Source: Oligoflexia bacterium
GTDB lineage: Bacteria > Bdellovibrionota > Bdellovibrionia > JABDDW01
Reading direction: 5' to 3'
Assembly: GCA_043732305.1 (NCBI GenBank)
Contig: JAYTHU010000038.1
Location: 1 to 40,992, forward strand
Length of the DNA stretch: 40,992 nt
Shown here: positions 26,448 through 36,786 of the stretch, one piece after another
Position numbering within the stretch: position 1 is the first letter of the stretch
Layout: each line of letters opens with the position of its first letter
Made by a program: the position numbers and the translations under genes
The notes under the pieces: model-generated
What the model was told of the DNA's origin: nothing
The model's input: only the letters and a program-made list of their open reading frames with translations
Databases searched by the model: none

Positions 26448-28391
26448 ATGCGCGGATGGGGTTCCCGATTGTTTTCATTTTTGATTTTTTTAGGTTTAGC
26501 TCTCTCGAGTTCAATCTCGACGGCGGAGAAATCTAAGGACTCAAATGTTTCATTTTCGATTATTCAAACATCAGATATTCACAGTCATTTCTTGAACAAT
26601 GATTCTCCGTTTCAGCTTGGCGGAATTGCTCGCTTGGCTACTGAGATTCAGAATTTGCGTCAGCAAAAGCAAAATGTGCTCGTCCTTGATGCTGGTGATT
26701 TTACTGAAGGTAGCATTTTCTACACTTTAAATCACGGCCTTGCGACTTTCCAAATAATGCAAAATATTGGCTATGATGCTTTGGTTCTTGGAAATCACGA
26801 ATGGTTAATTGGTCCGGATGAACTTTACAACAGTCTTAATCGTGCGCAATTCAAACTCCCGATTTTAAGTGCGAATCTAGACACAACTGCCTTGGATAAA
26901 AATGTTGCTCTCGGTGATTTCATCAAGCCTTACATAGTAAAAAATATTGGTGGAATCAAAATTGGAATTCTCGGATTATCTACTTTCCAGTTTATTTTTG
27001 ATCCATTTTTTCTTCCGATCAGACTGCTTGATCCTGTTGCTACGGCGCGGAAATATGTGAAGGAACTTAGGTCTACCGAAGGTTGCCAAGTCGTCATTGT
27101 TTTGAGTCACCTTGGCTTTGCCCAAGATGACAGTCTAGCCAAACAAGTTTCCGGGATCGATCTCATCATTGGTGGACATACCCATGTGCTTTTTAAAAAA
27201 CCTTATAGCTCCAATGGCGTACCGATCATTCATGTGGGGAAATGGGGACAGTACCTCGGTGATTTTGATTTCAATTATAATGGTAAAAATATCAGCCTGG
27301 TGAATTATCAAATTCACGAAATCACAAAAGACATTCCTGAAGATCCTTACGTTAAAAATATTGTCGAGACAGACATGTCTGATATTGAAGGAAAGTTTGG
27401 CCCACTTTTTCACGAAAAAGTTTTGACTAGTGTGAGTGATTTGCCATTGCAAGATCCATTGAGTGAAGACATTTCCGGGCACTGGGCGGCAGATGCCTTG
27501 AGATATTACACTCACACGGAACTTGCTTTTGAAAATCCAAGTTATGTTAATCGCGATATATTCCAGGGTGACACCACTCTTGCAGACATGTTCAATATTT
27601 TTCCACATATCTTCAATCCCCTGACTAACAAAGCTTGGACCGTTAAAACTTTTAAGCTCACCGGATCCTATGTGCAACTTTTGTTGGATGTTGTTTTTAG
27701 GTCAGGAATTTATCTGCGGATGAGCAACGCCAAAGCGGTTTTGGATCTCTATCGCACTATCGATCAACTTTATTCACTTGAACTTGCTGGTCAGCCGGTA
27801 GACATAACACGGGTGTACACCGTGGCTGGAACAGATGGGATAGTCGCCGCGATAGACACATTGAGTAGTTATGGAATTAATGTTGGGATTTCAGATCTGC
27901 AAGACACCGGTATTGAAGCTTGGCGCATGGTGGCTGATTATTTCAAAATGCTTTCTCCAATCACTAAAGACAAACTCATTTGGGAAGGCCGCGTGCGTAC
28001 TTTGCAACCAGATGTTGTTGTACGAACGGAAGAACTCACTTACCTTCCCGCGGGTCCTAACGCCATTGCGCTCTCAATTGTAGTCAGAAATGCGGGCGTA
28101 CAAACGGCCGGCGGCTCTAAACTTTCCATTCGTCGTGCAAATATTCCGGGTCATCCGCTCGCTGATAGAAATGTGGAAGTCGCAGGAATTACTAATCCTA
28201 TTGTCATTCATGATCTGCGGGGCGGAGCCACGCAAACTATAGACGTGAGCATTGATATAACGAATTTGACGCCAGGTCGTTACCCCATAGTTTTCACATT
28301 GACTCCGGCTGTTGGAGAGCTTGAAACAGAAAACAATGTGTTAGATAATTACTTTGATGTTCCAGAAATTTCCGCGAAAATGTCTAAATGA
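26448..28391 (+). CDS. Secreted 5'-nucleotidase/UshA-type metallophosphoesterase with C-terminal CARDB-like Ig domain
   Basis: Signal peptide, then SDIHSH, DAGD, GNHE, SHLG and GGHTH. C-terminal PD...VRNAG...GELETENN. Confidence 0.85.
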   Translation: MRGWGSRLFSFLIFLGLALSSSISTAEKSKDSNVSFSIIQTSDIHSHFLNNDSPFQLGGIARLATEIQNLRQQKQNVLVLDAGDFTEGSIFYTLNHGLATFQIMQNIGYDALVLGNHEWLIGPDELYNSLNRAQFKLPILSANLDTTALDKNVALGDFIKPYIVKNIGGIKIGILGLSTFQFIFDPFFLPIRLLDPVATARKYVKELRSTEGCQVVIVLSHLGFAQDDSLAKQVSGIDLIIGGHTHVLFKKPYSSNGVPIIHVGKWGQYLGDFDFNYNGKNISLVNYQIHEITKDIPEDPYVKNIVETDMSDIEGKFGPLFHEKVLTSVSDLPLQDPLSEDISGHWAADALRYYTHTELAFENPSYVNRDIFQGDTTLADMFNIFPHIFNPLTNKAWTVKTFKLTGSYVQLLLDVVFRSGIYLRMSNAKAVLDLYRTIDQLYSLELAGQPVDITRVYTVAGTDGIVAAIDTLSSYGINVGISDLQDTGIEAWRMVADYFKMLSPITKDKLIWEGRVRTLQPDVVVRTEELTYLPAGPNAIALSIVVRNAGVQTAGGSKLSIRRANIPGHPLADRNVEVAGITNPIVIHDLRGGATQTIDVSIDITNLTPGRYPIVFTLTPAVGELETENNVLDNYFDVPEISAKMSK

Positions 28392-29131
28392 GAACTATAG
28401 CTTTTAAAAATTTCATATTTATTATTTTTGCCGCACTTGTTTTATTTTGCGGAAACACAGGTGCTGCGAAAGAAAAAATCGTCGCTCATTCGGAAGAGTC
28501 TCCCATTTCTCTTGGAGTGACTCATCTTCTGCCGGGAGTTTTTGTCATACCTAGCGGAGAATTAATTCTTGGAACAAGCGTGGGTTTTGGAATACTCGAT
28601 CTGATAGAATTTTCCTCGAACGTTTGGTTAGATTTAGAACAAGTTTTCAACGTCTCAACTAAAATTGGAATCTATCATTCACATGATTTCGGCGTAGCTG
28701 TTTGGGGAACATACAGCTCTCAAATTTTGCAAACTTCTTTGTTAGATCAATATGGAAACACGATTTCTACTCAAAACACCACTTCGACTGCCGTCACTCC
28801 TGGATTCACTTTGTCTTATAGATTGGCAGAAGGAATTGTCACGCACTTTGGAGCGGGATTCACTCAGCGTTCGCCTCCGATTTCAAAAGCGAGTCTCACT
28901 CAACGAACTGGATTCATTGAAGGAAATGTTTTGTATCACGAGTACGGTTTTGGGCTTGGAAAGAGCATCGCGTTCGCGCCCGGCGTGAGTTACGACACTA
29001 CATATGACATTTGGGGTGCCGGAGCCACAGTTCACGTTGCTGGATTTCAGATCGGTGCCCATTATTACTTCAATGTCAGCACGGGTTCACTTCTGCCACT
29101 CATTGGCGGCGCCTACACCGCCGAATATTAG
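28388..29131 (+). CDS. Hypothetical exported protein, probable outer-membrane beta-barrel
   Basis: Signal peptide, alternating Gly/aromatic beta-strand pattern, terminal Tyr. ATGA overlap with the upstream gene. Confidence 0.7.
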   Translation: MRTIAFKNFIFIIFAALVLFCGNTGAAKEKIVAHSEESPISLGVTHLLPGVFVIPSGELILGTSVGFGILDLIEFSSNVWLDLEQVFNVSTKIGIYHSHDFGVAVWGTYSSQILQTSLLDQYGNTISTQNTTSTAVTPGFTLSYRLAEGIVTHFGAGFTQRSPPISKASLTQRTGFIEGNVLYHEYGFGLGKSIAFAPGVSYDTTYDIWGAGATVHVAGFQIGAHYYFNVSTGSLLPLIGGAYTAEY

Positions 29132-29156
29132 GCTTAAATCCTGAAATTTCCAGCTG

Positions 29157-29185
29157 TTGACGCGTAGCTGCTAATAGAGTAGAAA
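29157..29185 (+). promoter_or_regulatory. Putative sigma70 promoter of the rib operon
   Basis: TTGACG-N17-TAGAAA. Confidence 0.5.
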
Positions 29186-29219
29186 TGATTATCGGTGGGG
29201 ACGTTTAGGAGTTGAGCTC

Positions 29220-30368
29220 ATGAGTGATGTTTTGCCCGTTAAAAATCACGAATTTTTTATGCAGCAAGCGATAGCTTTGGCCAAAAAAGCCAAAGGACTT
29301 ACCTATCCCAATCCTATGGTTGGCGCAATTATCATTGATGAAAATAAAGAAATTATCGGTCGAGGCTATCATCCCAAGGCCGGTGAAGCTCATGCCGAAG
29401 TTTTTGCTATTCGTGAGGCTCTCCAAAAAAAATCTGGATTTCTTTCTGACTGCATATTGTACGTCACACTCGAACCTTGCAATCACACCGGTCGCACTCC
29501 CCCTTGCGTGAACCTCGTCATCGATAGCCGATTGAAATCTGTGGTGGTTGGAGTTCTCGATCCCAATCCACTTATGCAGGGCCAGAGCATTGAAGCTCTA
29601 AAAACCAAGGGTGTTGATGTCATCACTGGTGTTTGTGCTGTCGAGTGCCAACAACTGATCCGTGGTTTCAAGAAAGTTATGGAAGAAAATCGTCCTTTCG
29701 TTTCTCTCAAAGCAGCTGCAAGTCTTGATGGAAAATTAGCGACCGGAAGTGGCGAATCCAAATGGATCACCGGCAGCGATGCAAGAGCCTATGCCCATGA
29801 GTTGCGTGCAGATCATGATGCGGTTCTTGTGGGGGTTGGAACGATTTTAAAAGACGATCCCAGTCTCAATGCTCGGATCGAAAACAATGGCAATTTATTA
29901 ACTGGAAAAAAAATAATTTTAGATTCAAGACTCAGAACGCCGGTGACGGCAAAAATTTTTAATTCTCCAGGGCAGGTCTTAATATATTGCGATAAAGATT
30001 TTCCTGGAATCCAAAAGGAAGCCCTTGAAAAACGCGGAGCAAAAATTATTCCTCTGTGGCGCTCCGAAAAAAATCCGGGCACTTTAAATCTGCATGAGGT
30101 TGTCGCCGATTTAGCACTGCACCAAGGTGTGCAAGATCTATTGGTAGAGGGTGGCTCTCAAATTTTAGGTAGTTTTTTGAAAGAAAATATTTTTGATCAG
30201 CTCTATTATTTTGTCGCCCCCAAAATTATTGGTGGGGAAGGTAGAGATGCATTCGCTGGTTTTGATATTGAATCTCTCAAAGATTCAGAAATGTTTTCAA
30301 ATTTAAAGGTGAAACAATTAGGTAAAGATTTTGTTTTTGAAGGAGCTCGTGCATGTTTACCGGTTTGA
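29220..30368 (+). CDS. ribD: Riboflavin biosynthesis deaminase/reductase
   Basis: PNPMVGA, HAE, TLEPCNHTGRTPPC, SLDGK, SKWIT and LVEGG. Confidence 0.96.
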   Translation: MSDVLPVKNHEFFMQQAIALAKKAKGLTYPNPMVGAIIIDENKEIIGRGYHPKAGEAHAEVFAIREALQKKSGFLSDCILYVTLEPCNHTGRTPPCVNLVIDSRLKSVVVGVLDPNPLMQGQSIEALKTKGVDVITGVCAVECQQLIRGFKKVMEENRPFVSLKAAASLDGKLATGSGESKWITGSDARAYAHELRADHDAVLVGVGTILKDDPSLNARIENNGNLLTGKKIILDSRLRTPVTAKIFNSPGQVLIYCDKDFPGIQKEALEKRGAKIIPLWRSEKNPGTLNLHEVVADLALHQGVQDLLVEGGSQILGSFLKENIFDQLYYFVAPKIIGGEGRDAFAGFDIESLKDSEMFSNLKVKQLGKDFVFEGARACLPV

Positions 30369-31021
30369 TCACTGATTCATCAAAATTAAAATCTTCTGAG
30401 AAAAAAGAAAATGGATTCTCTATCTCAATCGAAAAGCCCGACTCTTGGAATGACATTATCAAGGGTGAGAGCATTGCGCTGAATGGCATTTGTCTTACGG
30501 TTGAAAATTTTAGTGAAAAAGAAATTCATTTTTTTGTTGGGCTTGAAACCATTTCTCTGACGAGTTTTCTATACTGGAAATTAGACGATCAAATCAATCT
30601 GGAACGAAGTCTCCGCATGGGCGATCGCCTTGGCGGACACATGGTGAGTGGGCACATTGACGGAGTGGCGCTTGTTGATATGGTGAGGCAAGAAGGCGTT
30701 GATTCGCTTTATGTGAAGTTACGTTTGAGCGGGAAACAAAAAAACTGGGTTATCCCTAAGGGTAGCATCTGTATGAATGGTGTCAGTCTTACTGTTAACA
30801 CCTGGGATTCAAAGTTTGCAACTGTCGAGTTGCTATTCATTCCCGAAACCTTAAGGATGACCAATCTGGGAAATCTTAAGTCTGGTGATTTTGTGAATAT
30901 CGAATGTGATCAGATGGTGAAAATTATTATAGAAAAAATGAATTTAGTAAATTCTCATATGCTTGCTGAAGCGTTCGCCAATGATGATATCAATAATATC
31001 AAAAAAGGAATCAACCAATGA
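30353..31021 (+). CDS. ribE: Riboflavin synthase (alpha subunit)
   Basis: MFTGLI, SIALNGICLTV, NLERSL, GGHMVSGHIDG and NGVSLTV. Confidence 0.95.
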   Translation: MFTGLITDSSKLKSSEKKENGFSISIEKPDSWNDIIKGESIALNGICLTVENFSEKEIHFFVGLETISLTSFLYWKLDDQINLERSLRMGDRLGGHMVSGHIDGVALVDMVRQEGVDSLYVKLRLSGKQKNWVIPKGSICMNGVSLTVNTWDSKFATVELLFIPETLRMTNLGNLKSGDFVNIECDQMVKIIIEKMNLVNSHMLAEAFANDDINNIKKGINQ

Positions 31022-32274
31022 TGACACCAATCAAAGAATTGATTGAAGAAATTAAAAACGGACGCCCCGTTATTTTGGTCGACGATGAAGATCGTGAGAA
31101 CGAAGGGGACATTGTTATCGCCGCAGAACATATCACTCCCGAGTGGGTGAATTTTATGATCAAAGAATGTCGCGGTTTGGTTTGTCTAAGTTTACCTGCG
31201 GAACAAATTGAAAAGTTGCGACTACCAATGATGGTTTCTGAAAGTGAAAATTTCTCCAAAAATAAAACTGCATTTACTCTTAGCATTGAAGCTGCCAGCG
31301 GAGTCACCACCGGAGTTTCTGCTGCAGATCGTGCGCACACGATTTTAACCGCGATAAAGTCAAATATTAAATATGGTGAGGTCGTGAGTCCTGGCCACAT
31401 TTTCCCTCTCAAAGCACAGAGCGGGGGAGTGCTAAGACGGGCAGGACACACTGAGGGTGCCGTAGATCTCGCTCGAATGGCTGGAAAAATTCCTGCCGGA
31501 GTTATTTGTGAAATAATCAAAGATGATGGCACTATGGCTCGGGTCCCTGATTTAGAAAAATTTTGCCTCAAGCACGGGCTCAAAATGGGTTCCATTGCGG
31601 AGCTCATTAAATATCGAGTCGAAACTGAAAAATTCGTAGAAGAAGTCGCTGCCAGTGAACTTCCTATGAAAGTTGGAACGGGGTTTAAAATCCGTGTGTT
31701 CAAAAATCTTCTCGACGGTGCAGAGCATGTGGTTTTGCAAAAAGGCGAGGTAGACCCTGCCAAACCAGTTTTGGTCCGCGTGCATAGTGAGTGCATGACT
31801 GGCGATATTTTTGGAAGCTTGAGATGCGATTGCGGAGAGCAGTTGCAGAAAGCATTGCAAATGATTGAAGAGGAAGGTTCTGGCTTAGTGTTGTATCTCA
31901 GACAAGAAGGTCGAGGTATCGGGCTGACCAATAAAATCAGAGCGTATGCACTTCAAGAGGAAAAAGGCTTAGATACGGTCGATGCTAATATTCACCTTGG
32001 GTTTAAATCGGATCAAAGAGATTATGGGGTTGGCGCTCAAATTCTGAGATCTCTCGGAGCTCATCAATTGAGATTGCTCACAAACAACCCCTCCAAGCGA
32101 GCCGGCTTGAGTGGTTACGGCCTTTCTATCGTCGAAAGAGTGCCTCTTGTGGTAGTTCCGCAAGAAAAAAATAAAAGATACCTTGAAACGAAAGTGATCC
32201 GCATGGGACACCTGTTAGGCGGGTCGGAAATAAAACAAGCAGCCAGAACCGAAAATGGAGTAGCAGTAAAATGA
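31018..32274 (+). CDS. ribBA: Bifunctional DHBP synthase / GTP cyclohydrolase II
   Basis: DDEDRENEGD, PGHIFPL, RAGHTE, RVHSEC.TGD.FGSLRCDCG, QEGRGIGL and TNNP. Confidence 0.96.
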   Translation: MMTPIKELIEEIKNGRPVILVDDEDRENEGDIVIAAEHITPEWVNFMIKECRGLVCLSLPAEQIEKLRLPMMVSESENFSKNKTAFTLSIEAASGVTTGVSAADRAHTILTAIKSNIKYGEVVSPGHIFPLKAQSGGVLRRAGHTEGAVDLARMAGKIPAGVICEIIKDDGTMARVPDLEKFCLKHGLKMGSIAELIKYRVETEKFVEEVAASELPMKVGTGFKIRVFKNLLDGAEHVVLQKGEVDPAKPVLVRVHSECMTGDIFGSLRCDCGEQLQKALQMIEEEGSGLVLYLRQEGRGIGLTNKIRAYALQEEKGLDTVDANIHLGFKSDQRDYGVGAQILRSLGAHQLRLLTNNPSKRAGLSGYGLSIVERVPLVVVPQEKNKRYLETKVIRMGHLLGGSEIKQAARTENGVAVK

Positions 32275-32690
32275 AAATTGGGGTGGTGGTTGCAAAGTTC
32301 AATCCCGAGATTACTGAACGATTGGCAGATGGAGCCATTCGAGCGCTCACGGAAGCTGGCTTGAGTTCTACCGATATAATCACTTGGGCGGTACCGGGAG
32401 CATTTGAAATTCCATTAGCGGCCAAAGTACTGTTTTCGCAACACAAAGTAGATGGAGTGGTTGCCCTTGGAGCTGTGATTCAGGGAGACACAAAGCACTT
32501 CGATTATGTTTGTGAGGCGGCCGAACGTGGATGCAGTCAAGTGGCTCTGGAATTTATGAAACCCGTGGGATTTGGTGTACTTACGACGGGAACTTTCGAG
32601 CAAGCTTGGGAGCGCGTGGTGCTCGACAATACCAATAAAGGCTATGAAGCCGCTGGGGTTGTTATAGAGATGGTCAAGAAACTGTTGTAA
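32271..32690 (+). CDS. ribH: 6,7-dimethyl-8-ribityllumazine synthase
   Basis: VAKFN, VPGAFEIP, LGAVIQGDTKHFDYVC, PVGFGVLT and NKGYEAA. Confidence 0.95.
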   Translation: MKIGVVVAKFNPEITERLADGAIRALTEAGLSSTDIITWAVPGAFEIPLAAKVLFSQHKVDGVVALGAVIQGDTKHFDYVCEAAERGCSQVALEFMKPVGFGVLTTGTFEQAWERVVLDNTNKGYEAAGVVIEMVKKLL

Positions 32691-32706
32691 AAAACCAACA
32701 CTCTCG

Positions 32707-32735
32707 TTGACGCGATTAGTTAAAGATGTTAAGGT
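32707..32735 (+). promoter_or_regulatory. Putative sigma70 promoter
   Basis: TTGACG-N17-TAAGGT with an extended -10 TG. Confidence 0.55.
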
Positions 32736-32766
32736 TAAGTTCGTTTAAAATACTAAGGAGCAGTTC

Positions 32767-33093
32767 ATGGCAGTCAAGAAAACCGCGAAAGCAAAAAAAG
32801 AAAAAAAAGTACCTGAAGTCATAGTCGAGGTCGAACATCCTTCAGACAATGACATTGTGTCTTTAAGTGAGAAGGATCTCCTCAACAAGCTTTCAGAGCG
32901 ATTGAGTTTTTTCGATGCGGAAATGATTTTAGAAGCCGCCATGATGTCTGCCGGCGTGATGAGACGTCCTGCTGCTGATATCCGCAATGGTTTTAAGAAA
33001 AAAGAAGCTCGTAACATTTGCTTGGCCCTTATTAAAAAAGGTGGACCTGCTTTTGCTGTCGGCGCTGCGGTGTACAAAGAAGTCGTAGGCTAA
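32767..33093 (+). CDS. Hypothetical helical protein with Lys-rich N-terminus
   Basis: 108 aa, AAGGAG SD, ends 5 nt before ntrY. Confidence 0.8.
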   Translation: MAVKKTAKAKKEKKVPEVIVEVEHPSDNDIVSLSEKDLLNKLSERLSFFDAEMILEAAMMSAGVMRRPAADIRNGFKKKEARNICLALIKKGGPAFAVGAAVYKEVVG

Positions 33094-33098
33094 CACCT

Positions 33099-35342
33099 TT
33101 GAGCGCTCTGGAAAATCCGGAGAGTCTTCCTCTACCGGAAGTAAAAAAACGAAAACGCGAGCGAATCACGATTATTTCCTTAAGTCTCGCGTTTCTCTTT
33201 CTCACTTACATTGAAATAAATCTCGCGAGTCTCAGTCAAAAGCTTCCATTTGTGAACAGCATTTTCTTTTTTGGCTTAGTTAATTTTAACGTGGCCCTTC
33301 TGCTGTTTTTGGCTTTTTTAATATTCAGAAACATGGCCAAAATCTTCAGCGAGCGCCGTGGTGGAATGCTGGGAAGTAGACTTAAATCCAAGCTTGTCAT
33401 AGCTTTTATTTCATTCGCAATAGTTCCTACCGTTTTGCTTTTTCTAGTTTCCGTTTTTTATATCAACTCGAGTTTCGACAAATGGTTCAGCTTAAAAATT
33501 GGCAGCGTGCTTCAGGATTCTCTTGAGGTCACTAACACTTTCTATTCGACCACTAAAAAGAAGAATTATCATTTTGCAAATCTTGTCGCCGAAAGACTGG
33601 TGAGAACTTCACCTCAAAAGCGTGAAGGCATGCTCAAAGCTCTGCGAAAAGAATATAGTCTCGACATTGTCGAAGTTTATTCCGGACTTTTTTCCAAACG
33701 AATGATGGCTAGTGGAATCGAAGCTGATCTGAAAGACGTTCCACAAGTGACAATGGAATTTCTCCAAAAAGGGCTTATTCAGGACGTGGAAGCGAGCACC
33801 ATCCATCAGTTCTCCCAGGGAAACCTCATTCGTTGTATTGTCCCCCTGAAAAATAAAATCTCACAAATCACCGGAGCCGTGGTGGTAAGTAGTTATGTGC
33901 CGCTGAGTCTGGTCAGCAAGATGGATGTCATTGCTAATGCATTTGAAGATTACCGAGACGTCAATCCGCTAAAGTATCCTATCAAGTCCATTTACATGAC
34001 AATTTTAGTTTTGGTGACGCTACTGATTTTGTTCGGAGCCACTTGGTTTGGATTTCACTTGGCAAGACAGCTTTCGACGCCGCTTGAAATCTTGGGTAAA
34101 GCAACAGAAGAAATTGCCCACGGAAAATACCAGCAAGTGGACGTCCGATCAGGTTCCTGGGAAGTGTATCAGCTCGTTGAAAGCTTCAATAAAATGATGC
34201 GTGACTTAAGTAAATCAGAAAACCAACTCCGCGCACACAACCGATATATTGAAGTCATACTTTCCAATATTTCTGCCGGCGTGGTGACTGTTGACCAAGA
34301 GGGTCTGATCACTACGGTTAATAAATATGCTTCGGAACTTTTGCAGGTCAGTGGCACGAAACTTTTAGGTCGACCTTTTAATGAAGTCTTGCGCGGTGAA
34401 CATAGATCGGTTCTGGAAAATTTATTTTCAAAACTGAAACAGTACAAAGCTCATTCGATTCAAAAAGAAGTGCAAGTCACTGTGCGTGGGCAACCCTTAG
34501 TTCTGCAAGCCACTCTTTCACCTCTCCGAGATGACAACGGAAAAAATCTTGGCTATGTGCTCGTGTTCGATGACATGACAAAACTCATTAATGCTCAGCG
34601 GGCGGCTGCATGGCGTGAAGTCGCCAGACGCATCGCTCATGAGATAAAAAATCCGCTTACACCCATCAGACTTTCAGCCGAGCGTTTACAGAAAAAATTT
34701 GAAGATCAGATCACTGATCCTGCCTTTAAAATTTGCACTACGACAATTATTCAGCAAGTCGATGAGCTTAAAGAGCTCGTCAACGAATTCAGTTCGTTTG
34801 CGCGTTTGCCACAAGCGCAACTTGTTCCAAATGATTTGAATAATATCTTACAAGAAACGTTATTTTTATATCAGGAGGGGCATAAGAACATTGAGTTCAA
34901 ACTTTCTCTGGATCCCAATCTTCCGGTTTTTGATATCGATAAAGATCAAATCAAGCGCGTTTGCATAAATCTTATCGAGAACGCTGTCGCCGCTGTTGAG
35001 CCTGTGGTCCTGGGTTCCGCACAAGTTGATATCTCCACTCGATATGATAATGTTCTAAAGATTGCTCTTATGGAGATTGCAGATAATGGACACGGTGTTT
35101 TACCCGAAGTTAGAGATCGAATTTTTGAACCCTATTTTAGCACCAAAGAGCAGGGAACGGGTTTGGGCTTGGCCATCGTTAAAAGAATCGTTGATGACCA
35201 TAGCGGATTTATTCGAGTGTATAAAAACACTCCCAAAGGAACTAGATTTGTGGTGGAATTGCCAGCAATCACCCGAACAGAAATTGTGTCGAATAGAAGT
35301 AGTAGTCAGACTTCTTCTAAAGAAGGAAACGCAAACATATGA
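33099..35342 (+). CDS. ntrY: NtrY-like sensor histidine kinase (TM-HAMP-PAS-HisKA-HATPase)
   Basis: AQRAAAWREVARRIAHEIKNPLTPIRLSAERL, NLIENA, DNGHG, FEPYFSTK and GTGLGL. Confidence 0.9.
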   Translation: MSALENPESLPLPEVKKRKRERITIISLSLAFLFLTYIEINLASLSQKLPFVNSIFFFGLVNFNVALLLFLAFLIFRNMAKIFSERRGGMLGSRLKSKLVIAFISFAIVPTVLLFLVSVFYINSSFDKWFSLKIGSVLQDSLEVTNTFYSTTKKKNYHFANLVAERLVRTSPQKREGMLKALRKEYSLDIVEVYSGLFSKRMMASGIEADLKDVPQVTMEFLQKGLIQDVEASTIHQFSQGNLIRCIVPLKNKISQITGAVVVSSYVPLSLVSKMDVIANAFEDYRDVNPLKYPIKSIYMTILVLVTLLILFGATWFGFHLARQLSTPLEILGKATEEIAHGKYQQVDVRSGSWEVYQLVESFNKMMRDLSKSENQLRAHNRYIEVILSNISAGVVTVDQEGLITTVNKYASELLQVSGTKLLGRPFNEVLRGEHRSVLENLFSKLKQYKAHSIQKEVQVTVRGQPLVLQATLSPLRDDNGKNLGYVLVFDDMTKLINAQRAAAWREVARRIAHEIKNPLTPIRLSAERLQKKFEDQITDPAFKICTTTIIQQVDELKELVNEFSSFARLPQAQLVPNDLNNILQETLFLYQEGHKNIEFKLSLDPNLPVFDIDKDQIKRVCINLIENAVAAVEPVVLGSAQVDISTRYDNVLKIALMEIADNGHGVLPEVRDRIFEPYFSTKEQGTGLGLAIVKRIVDDHSGFIRVYKNTPKGTRFVVELPAITRTEIVSNRSSSQTSSKEGNANI

Positions 35343-36748
35343 AGAAGGCTCCCAAAATTTTGATTGTTGATGACGAAGCCAGTATTCGTCAGACTCTCTC
35401 GGCCATTCTTGAAGATGAAGGCTTTGACGTTTTTGCAGCAAGCAACGGTTACCAAGCTATTGAAATGATGGCGGCGGAAAAACTCGATGCAGTGTTGCTC
35501 GATATTTGGATGCCAGAGTATGACGGTCTTGAAGTTTTAAAAGACGCACGCAAACGTTTTCCTAATTTGCCATTCATTATTATGTCCGGTCACGGGAACG
35601 TGGAGACCGCCGTCAAAGCAACTAAACTTGGAGCCTTCGATTTTATTGAAAAGCCTTTGAGCGTGGATAAAGTGACGATCGTGATCAACAATTTACTTGC
35701 GATGTCTCGGTTGCAGGAAGATAACGCGCATTTGTTGAGCCGAGTTAAGAAAGACATTAATATTCTTGGCGAAAGTGACGCGATTCTAAGTCTGCGCCAA
35801 ATGATCTCTCGCGTTGCCCCGACATCTAGTTGGGTTCTGATCACTGGGGAAAATGGAACTGGCAAAGAACTCGTGGCTCAAAACATACATTATCAAAGTG
35901 CGCGGGCTGGTCGATCATTTGTAGAAATGAACTGCGCAGCTATTCCTGAAGATCTTATCGAAAGCGATTTATTTGGCCATGAAAGAGGCGCCTTCACCGG
36001 AGCAATCGCTCAGAAAAAAGGCAAATTTGATCTAGCTCATGGCGGGACTTTATTCTTAGACGAAATCGCCGACATGAGTCTCAAAACTCAAGCGAAAGTT
36101 TTGCGCATTCTACAAGAACAAAGATTTGAGCGTGTCGGTGGAGTAGAAACTATTTTAGTCGACGTTCGAGTTGTGGCTGCGACAAATAAAAATTTAGAAC
36201 AAGAAATCAAAGCGGGGCGATTTAGAGAAGATCTCTACTATCGTCTAAACGTGATTCCATTTCGAGTGCCAGCACTCCGCGAACGTGGCTCGGACATTTC
36301 GATATTGGCAAAATGTTTTCTACAGCAGTTTGCCAAAGAAAGTGGTGCCCCTGAAAAAACTTTCTCCGCCGCTGCGCTCGAGGCTCTCAAAACTCATGAC
36401 TGGCCTGGTAATGTTAGGGAACTTCGAAACCTAATCGAACGAATTTTCATTCTCACTCCGTCTGACTACATCGATATTGAAGATCTGAAGCAGACTGGGT
36501 TCAGTGTTCATGATAAAATCGCAGAACTGGGAATGTCCAGTGATGGCGATTTAAGCCGAAATGACGAACTTGAGATGAGCCTCTATAAAATTTCGAAATT
36601 GAGAGACGCTCGAGCTGAGTTCGAAAAAGATTTTATTTTGAAAAAGCTCGAAGAGTTTGAAGGCAACGTGAGTAAAACAGCTGAAGCCATTGGGGTAGAG
36701 AGATCTCACCTCCATCGAAAAATAAAATCTTACGGGATTGAAAACTAA
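35339..36748 (+). CDS. ntrX: NtrX-like sigma54-dependent response regulator
   Basis: Receiver ILIVDDE / LLDIWMP / SGHGNVETAVKATKLGAFDFIEKP, AAA+ with GAFTGA, and HTH ERSHLHRK. Confidence 0.9.
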   Translation: MKKAPKILIVDDEASIRQTLSAILEDEGFDVFAASNGYQAIEMMAAEKLDAVLLDIWMPEYDGLEVLKDARKRFPNLPFIIMSGHGNVETAVKATKLGAFDFIEKPLSVDKVTIVINNLLAMSRLQEDNAHLLSRVKKDINILGESDAILSLRQMISRVAPTSSWVLITGENGTGKELVAQNIHYQSARAGRSFVEMNCAAIPEDLIESDLFGHERGAFTGAIAQKKGKFDLAHGGTLFLDEIADMSLKTQAKVLRILQEQRFERVGGVETILVDVRVVAATNKNLEQEIKAGRFREDLYYRLNVIPFRVPALRERGSDISILAKCFLQQFAKESGAPEKTFSAAALEALKTHDWPGNVRELRNLIERIFILTPSDYIDIEDLKQTGFSVHDKIAELGMSSDGDLSRNDELEMSLYKISKLRDARAEFEKDFILKKLEEFEGNVSKTAEAIGVERSHLHRKIKSYGIEN

Positions 36749-36786
36749 ATCTCGCTGTTAGTTATTTAACAACAAGGAATAAACAC

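Noticed and set aside
31011..31931. 306-aa minus ORF inside ribBA
   Set aside because: An in-register antisense shadow with no recognisable domain or SD.
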